Positions 1 through 8,630 of a DNA stretch of 64,000 bases are shown piece by piece (position 1 is the stretch's first letter; every line of letters begins with the position of its first letter). The notes beneath the pieces were generated by a model. The model saw only the letters and a list, made by a program, of their open reading frames with translations. It had not been told where the DNA came from and did not search any database. Origin of the DNA: Ignavibacteriota bacterium (GTDB taxonomy: Bacteria; Bacteroidota; Ignavibacteria; UBA10030; CAVZMI01); NCBI GenBank assembly GCA_963835935.1, contig CAWIHK010000001.1:6933-70932 (forward strand), read 5' to 3'. Both the position numbers and the translations under genes were made by a program.

Positions 1-1081
1 GGCAAGAACGAATTGTCCGGCTTAAAATTACAGTGATGATCTTTTTCGTTTCAGTATTTTTATTTTTTTTTATTTCATCAAAAACAAATCCAATTTCATT
101 CCGAACATGTGGAGAATACCATTTATCCAAAAAAGTATCTTCTTTATCCTGCCGTATTTTTATTCTGTACTCTTTCACAAGATTTTGAAAAATCGGCAAA
201 AACTCTTTTGCTTTCTCCGGTCCATAGGTTTCTTCATCAATCTCATCTCGCTTCAATTTATATTTATATTCCGGTACAGGAAAATATTCATTGTTAAATT
301 TGTAGAGTTCCTGCAAAAGTTTTTCTTCAAAATCGACTGTATGAGAATTAGCAAGAAATGATTTCAAGGCATGGGTAATTCTGTTTATTTCATTCTGGAC
401 ATCAATCAAATCAAATTTTGTAACTTTGCAGTTACTAATCAGCGCATTAAAGGTAGAGATATCGATACCAATGGCGTGCATACCTAATTCATTCGCCTGC
501 ACCAGAGTTGTACCGCTGCCGCAAAAGGGATCTAGAATAATATCGCCTTTATGGAAATACACTTCTTTTTTAAAACCATCAGTGTGGCTGTCTAAAAAGT
601 ATTCAACCAATTGTGGAATAAATTTTCCTTTGTACGGATGGAGACGATGAACGTGTTTTGTAGTTTCAGCTTCCTTGTATTGATCAAATGACAAATCCCA
701 ATTTAAATCTTTACCAAGCTGATCTTTCCACGTTAATTCTCTGTGGCCATTAAAAGATTTATAATATGCAGTTAATTCTTTCTTGGAAATTTGCGTAGTG
801 CCATTATCGCCGTACTTCTTGATCCGGCCATATTGAATCAGATAGGAAATATTGGATGGTGTTACGTTTTTCCCCATATATTCTGAAGCCCATTTGGCGG
901 CTTCTTTTATATCCATCAAATCAGAAGAACTGTTCTGTATTATTGATTCAAGAGATAGATTTGATTGAGAGGAAGAGATATTGGCAACGTACACTGCTTT
1001 TTGTTCTGCGACTCGAGATTTAACAAGAGTAATTTTCTTTTTTTTAGGGTTGGCCTTCTTTTTTTTATCTAGTTTCGCCAT
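1..1081 (-). CDS. Site-specific DNA methyltransferase (N4/N6 family), 5' part; runs off the left edge
   Basis: Missing from the ORF track (no stop in window). Hand translation from ATG at 1081 gives MAKLDKKK...HRLHPYKGKFIPQLVEYFL...ILDPFCGSGTTLVQANELG (SAM-binding motif I). Confidence 0.88.
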   Translation of the reverse strand, partial: MAKLDKKKKANPKKKKITLVKSRVAEQKAVYVANISSSQSNLSLESIIQNSSSDLMDIKEAAKWASEYMGKNVTPSNISYLIQYGRIKKYGDNGTTQISKKELTAYYKSFNGHRELTWKDQLGKDLNWDLSFDQYKEAETTKHVHRLHPYKGKFIPQLVEYFLDSHTDGFKKEVYFHKGDIILDPFCGSGTTLVQANELGMHAIGIDISTFNALISNCKVTKFDLIDVQNEINRITHALKSFLANSHTVDFEEKLLQELYKFNNEYFPVPEYKYKLKRDEIDEETYGPEKAKEFLPIFQNLVKEYRIKIRQDKEDTFLDKWYSPHVRNEIGFVFDEIKKNKNTETKKIITVILSRTIRSC

Positions 1082-1236
1082 TTTCTCTTATGTCCTTAGA
1101 AAGGAAATATATTTTGAATGTATCGGTTTTCTAAAGAGAATGCAAGAATTGATTTCGGAATGCGGATTGTCGATTTTCGGAATGTGATAGTGCCATCTCG
1201 TATTCCGCAATCCCACTTCCGTAATCCGCACTCGTT

Positions 1237-2406
1237 CTAGCTTGCTCTTAACGCTGTTACTATATTCAGCCTCGCCGCTCTTACCGCCGGCATGAAGCCG
1301 CCAACGATTCCCATAATGACTGAAAAAACTAATGAATAAATCACCGTCTTGGTTGTCAGCGCAAAACCGAAAGCGATTTCAGCAAATGACTCAAAGTTTA
1401 CAGTCGAGATTGTCACCGTCTGAAGCAACGTTGCAAGAAGGATTCCACAGATTCCGCCGAAAATTGAAATCGAAATTGATTCGATTAAGAATGCGAGTAA
1501 AATATTTCGCCGGCGAAATCCTAAAGCGCGAAGTGTGCCGATTTCAACTGTTCGGTTGGCTACTGCGGCGTACATGGTTATTGCCGCGGCTATCACCGCT
1601 CCGAAGCTGAAAATAATTGTCACTGCTAGTCCGAGAACACGAATGAATGTTCCTAAAAAACCCGATTGGTCGGTATAAAATTTTTGTTCACGTTTTATCT
1701 CATATTGATTCAACCGGGGCTCATGGTCGAAACGTGCTTTCATCACGTCAAAGTCTTCCGGTTTGCTCAACCTGATAATCATCGACGAATACACCGGCCG
1801 CCCGAATACCGGCATCAGTTGATCGGCATCGCCCCATATTTCCGAATCGAATGCCGATCCACCGGCGTCAAAAACTCCAACTATAGTCCAGTAACGGCTT
1901 CCCATACGTATCGACTTACCGAGCTGGGTTCCTTCAAATCCTTTCGCGACCGATCGACCGACGACAATTTCCGGTGATCCAGAATTGAATGGCCGGCCTT
2001 CTATAAAATGTACTTGTCTCCGGATTGCGTACGCCATCGGTGAAATACCGCGTGCCGTGACATTTCCTATATCGTGTGTGCCAAGTCTGAAGAGATTAAC
2101 GATGACAACTGTCTCCGGTGACGCGAGTTGTTTGTTATCGGATGTGACAGCAATCTCAGGCATCGTTTTAATGTAACTCGCATTGTCACGATCAAGTCCA
2201 CTCATGATGTCCGATGTCGCTCCTTTTCGTATCACGACGGCATTATCCACTTCACCACTGCTAACAAGTGTTTTTTCCAACCCGTTTGCCAGCATCAACA
2301 CCGCAGTGAATACGAACACAACGAGTGTAATGCCGCCGACTGTCAGAGTTGTTGTCAAGCGACGCGTCCAGAGATTGCGTATGTTGTATTTCAATGGAAT
2401 TTTCAT
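1237..2406 (-). CDS. ABC transporter permease, MacB/FtsX family
   Basis: N-terminal TM, periplasmic domain, RTVEIGTLRALGF motif, C-terminal TMs. Confidence 0.92.
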   Translation of the reverse strand: MKIPLKYNIRNLWTRRLTTTLTVGGITLVVFVFTAVLMLANGLEKTLVSSGEVDNAVVIRKGATSDIMSGLDRDNASYIKTMPEIAVTSDNKQLASPETVVIVNLFRLGTHDIGNVTARGISPMAYAIRRQVHFIEGRPFNSGSPEIVVGRSVAKGFEGTQLGKSIRMGSRYWTIVGVFDAGGSAFDSEIWGDADQLMPVFGRPVYSSMIIRLSKPEDFDVMKARFDHEPRLNQYEIKREQKFYTDQSGFLGTFIRVLGLAVTIIFSFGAVIAAAITMYAAVANRTVEIGTLRALGFRRRNILLAFLIESISISIFGGICGILLATLLQTVTISTVNFESFAEIAFGFALTTKTVIYSLVFSVIMGIVGGFMPAVRAARLNIVTALRAS

Positions 2407-2433
2407 TTAAACCTCAAATTAAGTATTTAGAAT

Positions 2434-2823
2434 TCAGGAGACAGAAGACAGAATTGAATGTGAATATGCATAAAGTAATTTTCCGACTTCATCAAGTTGA
2501 TTAAATAATTCGCCACTTTCTCCATAATGTAAATCAGTTGTTAAAATAATATAGTATCGACATTCTTCAAGCGAGCCTTGTACAATATTCAAAAATCGGG
2601 CTTTATCTGCTCGACCTCGTTTTTTAAATCCTTCAGCAATATTTGCCGGAATGGAAATAGCTGCACGTCGAAATTGAGATGTCAATCCATATATTTCATG
2701 TTTAGGAAAATTTTCAGAATATCGATAAACAGAAAGAACGAGCTGATGAGCTTTTTGCCAAACGATGAGGTCCTCAAATCGCTCCGCGGGCTTTCGTTTT
2801 ATACTGTCTTCTGTCTTCTGCAT
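2434..2823 (-). CDS. Four helix bundle protein (23S rRNA IVS-protein/Avd-like family)
   Basis: FEDLIVWQKAHQL...FPKHEIYGLTSQFRRAAISIPANIAEG...GSLEE signature. Confidence 0.93.
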   Translation of the reverse strand: MQKTEDSIKRKPAERFEDLIVWQKAHQLVLSVYRYSENFPKHEIYGLTSQFRRAAISIPANIAEGFKKRGRADKARFLNIVQGSLEECRYYIILTTDLHYGESGELFNQLDEVGKLLYAYSHSILSSVS

Positions 2824-2840
2824 TCTATATTCTGTCTCCT
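2436..2840. repeat. Inverted heptamer (CAGAAGA-type) arrays bracketing the four-helix-bundle gene
   Basis: aggagacagaagacagaa (2436-2453) is complementary to ctgtcttctgtcttctg (2804-2820) and ttctgtctcct (2830-2840). Confidence 0.8.
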
Positions 2841-2847
2841 AACCTAT

Positions 2848-3999
2848 TTACCTCAATCCATCGACGATGCTGGTTCTCAATGCCCGTATCAATGGAAAAA
2901 TTGAAGAAAGAATTCCTACCATCAGGGCAAATGAACCTGAAAGAATAACCGTCGATGGTTCGACGCTAAAAACAGGAAAAATCATAGAAAACTGTTCCCC
3001 AATTCCTGCAGCTGCGGGGTAGGTAAGAAGAATTCCAATGGCGCCCCCAGTTAATGCAATCGCCATCGATTCACCTAATATTAAACCGAAAAGATGTCCG
3101 CTCGAAAATCCGAGCGTCTTCAGTACCGCATATTCCTGAATTCGTTCGCGCGCTGTCATAATCATTGTATTAGCCAGAACAAGCAAAATGACTCCGATGA
3201 TTATGAAGGATATGATTCTTATCGCTGTGATAATAGCGCCGCTCATAGAAATAAAATCATGCTGGAATTCCTTTTCCGTTTCTGTTTTTGTTTCCGCCGG
3301 CGAGTTTTTAAATAAGCTATCGATCCGACTTGATACGAAAGAGACCATTGATGGGTCCTTAACTTCAACAACGTACCATCCCACATTCCCGACACGTCCG
3401 GGAGATATTTGCGCCAATCGTTCATCGACACTTTTCCAATGCAGGAAAAATTGTGTTTCATCAACCACTGTATTGTTTCCATGGTAGATTGAACGAACTA
3501 CGAATTGCCACTCGCCGGGGAATATATCTCCTTTTATCGTCACGATGTCGCCGAGTTTAAAATTGTATTTCTCGGCAAGCTTCTTCCCGACAAAGCATGA
3601 ATTTCTTTCTTTCATAAACTGCGCGAAGTTCTCTTTTGAATCGGGCAGATACTCTGGATAGATTTCAAAAAAATGATCGACATCGACTGCAAACCGAGCG
3701 AAAAAATTGCTATTGTCGATGTATGTCCCTCCAAACCAGTTTGCGTACGATATATTTGTCACGCCTTGAATCTGCATGATTTGTTCCCTGTACGCTAACG
3801 GAAGTGGGAAGATAAATGAAACCGCATGGCGCACGATAAGTCGATCCTGCGCCGATTCTTCCTCGCCAACATACCAGGCAGTGATCACGGTGGACAGCAG
3901 GGTGTACGCCCAGATCGCGATCGTAATCCCCATGATGGTTAGCAAAGTGCGCAGTTTATGTCGCAAAAGATTTTTATAAATTAACTTAAAGACTTTCAT
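2848..3999 (-). CDS. ABC transporter permease, MacB/FtsX family
   Basis: RERIQEYAVLKTLGFS motif; 4-TM FtsX topology. Confidence 0.92.
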   Translation of the reverse strand: MKVFKLIYKNLLRHKLRTLLTIMGITIAIWAYTLLSTVITAWYVGEEESAQDRLIVRHAVSFIFPLPLAYREQIMQIQGVTNISYANWFGGTYIDNSNFFARFAVDVDHFFEIYPEYLPDSKENFAQFMKERNSCFVGKKLAEKYNFKLGDIVTIKGDIFPGEWQFVVRSIYHGNNTVVDETQFFLHWKSVDERLAQISPGRVGNVGWYVVEVKDPSMVSFVSSRIDSLFKNSPAETKTETEKEFQHDFISMSGAIITAIRIISFIIIGVILLVLANTMIMTARERIQEYAVLKTLGFSSGHLFGLILGESMAIALTGGAIGILLTYPAAAGIGEQFSMIFPVFSVEPSTVILSGSFALMVGILSSIFPLIRALRTSIVDGLR

Positions 4000-4016
4000 C
4001 TGTCATTCTCCGAAAA

Positions 4017-4691
4017 TTATTGAAGTTCACCTTTATCAAGATGACGCACGGTATGCGCTTTTTCCGCTGCGCGAGGATCATGAGTAACTACGATGATAGT
4101 CTTTTTGAATTCTTTGTTAAGCCGCTCCATAAGAATCATAATTTCATCCGCAGATTTTTTATCGAGATCTCCGGTCGGCTCATCGGCAACAAGCAGTAAC
4201 GGATCGGTAACAATTGCGCGTGCAATTGCAACTCGCTGTTCCTGTCCGCCGGATAACTGTCGCGGATAATGATGCATCCGATCACTAAGTCCCACAACTG
4301 CAAGCGAAGCTTCCACATGTTCTCTCCGGCCTTTCTTGGAAAGATTTGTCAAGAGGAGTGGAAGCTCGACGTTTTCAAACGCAGTTAGTACCGGCAGAAG
4401 ATTATAAAACTGAAAAATGAAACCGATATTTCGCGCACGCCACTTTGCGAGCTGTGTTTCATTGAGAGATGGCACATCGGTACCATTCACGTGAATCGTT
4501 CCGCTGTCGGGTCTATCGATTCCTGCTATGAGATTAAGCAAAGTAGTTTTTCCGGAACCAGATGGTCCCATGAGTGCAAGAAATTCACCTTCCGGAATAG
4601 AGAATGAAATATTTTGCAGAACAGGAATCTCAATGCTATCACGATGATACGATTTGTAAAGATTTGAAATGAATACAATTGGTTCAGCCAT
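4017..4691 (-). CDS. ABC transporter ATP-binding protein (MacB/LolD-like)
   Basis: Walker [27 protein letters not shown]. Confidence 0.96.
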   Translation of the reverse strand: MAEPIVFISNLYKSYHRDSIEIPVLQNISFSIPEGEFLALMGPSGSGKTTLLNLIAGIDRPDSGTIHVNGTDVPSLNETQLAKWRARNIGFIFQFYNLLPVLTAFENVELPLLLTNLSKKGRREHVEASLAVVGLSDRMHHYPRQLSGGQEQRVAIARAIVTDPLLLVADEPTGDLDKKSADEIMILMERLNKEFKKTIIVVTHDPRAAEKAHTVRHLDKGELQ

Positions 4692-4708
4692 TGGATCTCC
4701 AGTAATTA

Positions 4709-5902
4709 TTATTGCTGCTTTATTTTAATTTTTTGTCCGGTGTGTAATTCTTCCGAAGGATTGAGAACTACACGATCGCCGTTTGCCAGACCGGCTAACA
4801 CTTCTATTGCATTACCGCTTGTACTCCCGAGAGTTACCGGAGTTTCAGTCAGAATGTTATCTCTAACAATGAAGACAATTTTGTTTTTATCATGTGTGAT
4901 AACAGCAGTACTGTTGACTAACAGCATCGGTTTTTGTTCTACGGCTTGTTGAGAAAGCGCTTCTGTCAAAAATGAAACTTTCGCACTCATATCCGGAAGT
5001 ACTCGGTCATCCTTGTCAAGAAATTTCACCTTAGTCCGCACAGTTGCTTTCGATCTATCTACTGTCGGTACAATTTTCGTGACTTCACCCCGATACCGTT
5101 TGTTTGGATATGCGTCGAGTGTGATTTCACAAGGCTGGCCGGTTATCACGCGTTCGATGTTGGATTCAGATACATCCGCTTCCACTTGGAGAGAATTCAT
5201 GTCTGCAAGCGTGACGACATCGCCGCGTGAACCTAACGATGTTCCGAATGGCGCAATCACTTCACCGACATCAGCATCTTTTGTAAGAACCGTTCCGTCG
5301 AACGGCGCACGGATTCGCGTATTCTCAAGTGCAACTTCGGCCTGATCGATAAGCGCTTTCGCGACATTGATGGAGGCAATAACTTTGTTGTATTGAGCTT
5401 CCGCGGCATCAAGATCGGCTTGCGACGCAAGGTTGGAAGCGAATAATTTTCGAGTTCGTTCAAGGTTTTGTTGCGCAACGACTAGATCGGCTTTGTTCAA
5501 TTCATAATTTGCTTTCGCCTGGGCGAGCGCGCCGAGGACATCGCCATCTTCCAATTGGCCGATGAGCATTCCTTTTTTCACATGATCGCCTTCAACAACC
5601 GCGAGCATGACCAGGCGTCCGGTGCCTTTGGAAGCAATTGCAGCTTTTCGCTGTGCAACGACATAACCGCTTGCCGCGAGAACAGATTTTCCCTGCGCAA
5701 TTGCCGTTTGTGTGACGATTGTGGTTTCAACTTCGGGCGTGTTCTTGAATACTCCGCTAAGAATTAAAGTAACTACGACGGCTATACCAACCAAGATAGG
5801 AAGAATCAATCGAAGTTTATTTTTCCTGCCAACTGTTTCTTGTGACGGTGCATCATGGTCGATTCTTAATTTTGAAAGATCTGCTTCACGTGATGTTGAC
5901 AT
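4709..5902 (-). CDS. Periplasmic adaptor (membrane fusion) subunit, MacA-like
   Basis: N-terminal TM, lipoyl half-motifs (VVEGDHVKKG, IRAPFDGTV), coiled hairpin. Confidence 0.93.
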   Translation of the reverse strand: MSTSREADLSKLRIDHDAPSQETVGRKNKLRLILPILVGIAVVVTLILSGVFKNTPEVETTIVTQTAIAQGKSVLAASGYVVAQRKAAIASKGTGRLVMLAVVEGDHVKKGMLIGQLEDGDVLGALAQAKANYELNKADLVVAQQNLERTRKLFASNLASQADLDAAEAQYNKVIASINVAKALIDQAEVALENTRIRAPFDGTVLTKDADVGEVIAPFGTSLGSRGDVVTLADMNSLQVEADVSESNIERVITGQPCEITLDAYPNKRYRGEVTKIVPTVDRSKATVRTKVKFLDKDDRVLPDMSAKVSFLTEALSQQAVEQKPMLLVNSTAVITHDKNKIVFIVRDNILTETPVTLGSTSGNAIEVLAGLANGDRVVLNPSEELHTGQKIKIKQQ

Positions 5903-6041
5903 AGTTTCCTTTCTTTGTTCGATGGCATTCAGCCATCATCTTTCATATTTTCTAAAATAACCAATTTTCTAAAAAATACTTTTCAATTCTTGCTCTCATC
6001 AATTCTATTATTGTCATTTTTCTAACTTAATAAATTAGTAA

Positions 6042-6244
6042 CTGATGTTACGCAGAATGCAAAAACTTGTGTTAGAAATAAATTTATAGCCACGAGCTTT
6101 AGCTCGTGGCTCAGAAATTAAAAACAATTTGGGGTTTTAACCCCATTTTCGATGATTTAATCAGGGCTAAAGCCCGTTTCATTATATTTTTCCAGTTCCA
6201 CGACCTAAAGGTCGTGGCAATACATCTTTTTTGCGTAACATCAG
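6042..6244. mobile_element. MITE-like element (203 bp) containing REP-like hairpins
   Basis: 13-bp perfect TIRs CTGATGTTACGCA (6042-6054)/TGCGTAACATCAG (6232-6244); flanking direct repeat TTAGTAA (6035-6041, 6245-6251); four internal palindromes; related copy at 37181-37314. Confidence 0.85.
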
Positions 6245-6270
6245 TTAGTAAGTTTACCGGGAAAAAAATC

Positions 6271-6366
6271 AATATCATGTACGACTACCCGAAGTTGCGA
6301 GCGAAGAGAACAATTCGGGCAGAGCGACCATTGGAAGCGAAACCGGGTAGCCGATGTTGTGATATT
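6271..6366 (-). other. attC-like imperfect inverted repeat
   Basis: Minus strand reads TCACAAC-at-CGGCTACCCG...CGGGTAGTCG; arms 6282-6291/6344-6353 and 6271-6277/6360-6366. No clear R' box. Confidence 0.45.
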
Positions 6367-6624
6367 CGAACTTCTTATTTTAATTTAATATTATTCCCAG
6401 TGATTTTGCAATTTTAATTTAAATAAAATTGGCAATAACTGTATATTTCGCTTCGCATATTAAAAAATCATGTTGGGATCACCATTGGCGCTAAGCGTGC
6501 TGTCTGTTTGAATACCGCCCAGAGTAACAGGGAAAAAGAAGGCGCCAAGCTCATCGTTGTAGCTGTCAAGACAGAATGCGACCCAATCGTCGATTATCGC
6601 GTCTGGCATCTTTGGTTTTGATCT

Positions 6625-6660
6625 GATTGGGTTGACTGTCGTAACAGTGAAACCCGACAT
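6625..6660. repeat. REP-like palindrome
   Basis: gattgggttga...gtgaaacccgacat resembles the GTTGGGTTGA...GAAACCCAAC class of REPs; degenerate inverted partner atgttgggatcac near 6470. Confidence 0.5.
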
Positions 6661-6725
6661 AAATGTTTTCATGTTATGCCATGTGCGTTTTTTTATTCTA
6701 ATAAAAAATAGCAAAATTCATATAT

Positions 6726-7637
6726 TTAAAATTTGTACATCCTTTGATAACTGCTTATTGCTTTCATCATATCATCTTTATTTTCCAGGAAGGGCATATG
6801 TCCAACATCACTACCCCAAAGTATAATATTTGGAAATTTAACATCCTTATAATGTTCCGGTCCAACACACCAATCTTTTTTGCCATAAAAAAACAACACA
6901 GGTATTTCTATATTACCAGTTTCCTTAAAAAAATTAATCCAATAATCTTTTATAGTCATTGCAATACTACCGAATTCCCAATTCCAATTTGGTATCTCAC
7001 TACAGGCTTTATTAATAATTTCCATATTTTTACGATCTGAAAACAGCATTTTCCACATTAAATCTTTCTTGTTTAAAGCAGAGATCAAACTATCCCACCG
7101 TACTTCTGTTGGAATTGTTTCATCTTTAAAATATTGGGGATTTGTTATATTTAAAAATTCACAGGCTTTTGGACACCAACTTGTTTGATAACTTTCTTCA
7201 AAATTCAACACACAATTAATCATAATCATTCCTTTGATAGCCTGAGGGAAACGTAGAACATAACCCATTTGTAAAACTCCTCCAAAGGAATGTCCCAATG
7301 TAATCCACTGTTTAATACCCAATGCTTTTCTCACTTCCTCAAAATCTTTAACCATCCTATCCATGGAGTAATTTTTATCTTTAGGGCTTGAAGAACGGCA
7401 TACTCCCCTTTGGTCTAAATAAATCATTTGAAAATGTTGTTCTAACGAATCGCCTACTAATTTTTCAAGCCAATAACCTCCACTACCTGGTCCACCATGA
7501 AGATATAAACATGGTATTCCCTTTCCTTTGATTGTAACATATAAATCCACACTATCAGATGTTATAATGTGTTTCACCTGAGCATGAGATTCAATAGCCA
7601 AAACTAAAATCAGAAATAATAAAATTAATTTTTTCAT
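6726..7637 (-). CDS. Secreted alpha/beta hydrolase (proline iminopeptidase-like)
   Basis: Signal peptide, HGGPG, DQRG, nucleophile GHSFGG, C-terminal GH; AT-rich. Confidence 0.9.
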   Translation of the reverse strand: MKKLILLFLILVLAIESHAQVKHIITSDSVDLYVTIKGKGIPCLYLHGGPGSGGYWLEKLVGDSLEQHFQMIYLDQRGVCRSSSPKDKNYSMDRMVKDFEEVRKALGIKQWITLGHSFGGVLQMGYVLRFPQAIKGMIMINCVLNFEESYQTSWCPKACEFLNITNPQYFKDETIPTEVRWDSLISALNKKDLMWKMLFSDRKNMEIINKACSEIPNWNWEFGSIAMTIKDYWINFFKETGNIEIPVLFFYGKKDWCVGPEHYKDVKFPNIILWGSDVGHMPFLENKDDMMKAISSYQRMYKF

Positions 7638-7708
7638 ACATTTAGCATATCATAATCAACATTGAGAATTATACGAAGGTTTCGTTATTTTGTTGCTAAT
7701 AAACCCGC

Positions 7709-8509
7709 TTACGGAAAAATCTCAAGCTCCGCAAAAACTTTTTTCGTAATCTCAAGACGGGCTTTTCCGAAAAGATCATCCGGACTATTTCGTTCGATGC
7801 AGGTGGCGAAGAAATAAATATCTTTCCCACGTTCGACATAACCTACAAGCCAGCCAATGTTTTTTAAATCGCGTATCGCAAACCCGGTCTTTGCATGAAG
7901 AATTGCGGCTGGAGTCTGTTCAAGTATCATAATATTTTTCACGATATCAATCGATCGGCGCGAAACCGGCAGTTGATAATAATACATACGCCGGAGAAAA
8001 TCAATTTGTTGAGATTGTGAAATGCGCAAACTTCCATCAAGCCAGAAGCGGTCGATCCCTCCGGAAATGTCTCGGTTACCGTAATTCATTGTATCGACAA
8101 AGTGCTGCATCCTTTTCTCGCCTATCCGGCGCGCGACTTCCTGATAAAACCAAACGACGGAATTAGCAAACGCAGATCGAAGCGTATGATTTCTATTCCA
8201 GCTTTCAATATTATAATGTGTACTATCCCATTTAATTACTTCGTTAGTATCTTTTATAACTCCGGTCTCGAGCGCTATTAACGAGTTTGGAATTTTAAAA
8301 GTTGAAGCCGGAAGAAATGATGAATCGGATCTACCCGGATTGTTGGTGATGAAACAAGAATCTTTTTCAGAATAAATCAGAATAGAACCGTAAACATTAT
8401 GTTCTTCAAAGTATTTAACAAAGCCAGGTTTTACGATGATTTTTGGCTGTGCAATCGACAAACTTGTAAAGAAGATGATGACAAGAACAATCCAAAATCG
8501 GTAAATCAT
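7709..8509 (-). CDS. blaOXA: Class D (OXA-type) beta-lactamase
   Basis: Signal peptide; PASTFK (SxxK), SVV (SxV), YGN, FWLDG, KTG. Confidence 0.9.
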   Translation of the reverse strand: MIYRFWIVLVIIFFTSLSIAQPKIIVKPGFVKYFEEHNVYGSILIYSEKDSCFITNNPGRSDSSFLPASTFKIPNSLIALETGVIKDTNEVIKWDSTHYNIESWNRNHTLRSAFANSVVWFYQEVARRIGEKRMQHFVDTMNYGNRDISGGIDRFWLDGSLRISQSQQIDFLRRMYYYQLPVSRRSIDIVKNIMILEQTPAAILHAKTGFAIRDLKNIGWLVGYVERGKDIYFFATCIERNSPDDLFGKARLEITKKVFAELEIFP

Positions 8510-8630
8510 TCGATTATCTCCTAAATATCATTATTAATAAAGTTAACCAAATTGGGGTCGAAAGGAAAGAACTACTTCCTGTATCACATCAAGATTACCT
8601 CTCTTCATTCCGAAAATAGTACTAGATACT

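Noticed and set aside
107-1187. Short plus-strand ORFs at the left edge
   Set aside because: Antisense shadows of the methyltransferase gene; most other short overlapping ORFs in the track were dismissed for the same reason.
2434-2823. Avd of a diversity-generating retroelement
   Set aside because: No reverse transcriptase and no TR/VR repeat pair seen in the window.
6042-6244. CRISPR array
   Set aside because: The palindromes differ from each other, lack regular repeat-spacer periodicity, and there are no cas genes.
6460-6714. 84-aa ORF as a real gene
   Set aside because: Overlaps REP-like and core-site-like sequence; no recognisable motif or RBS.
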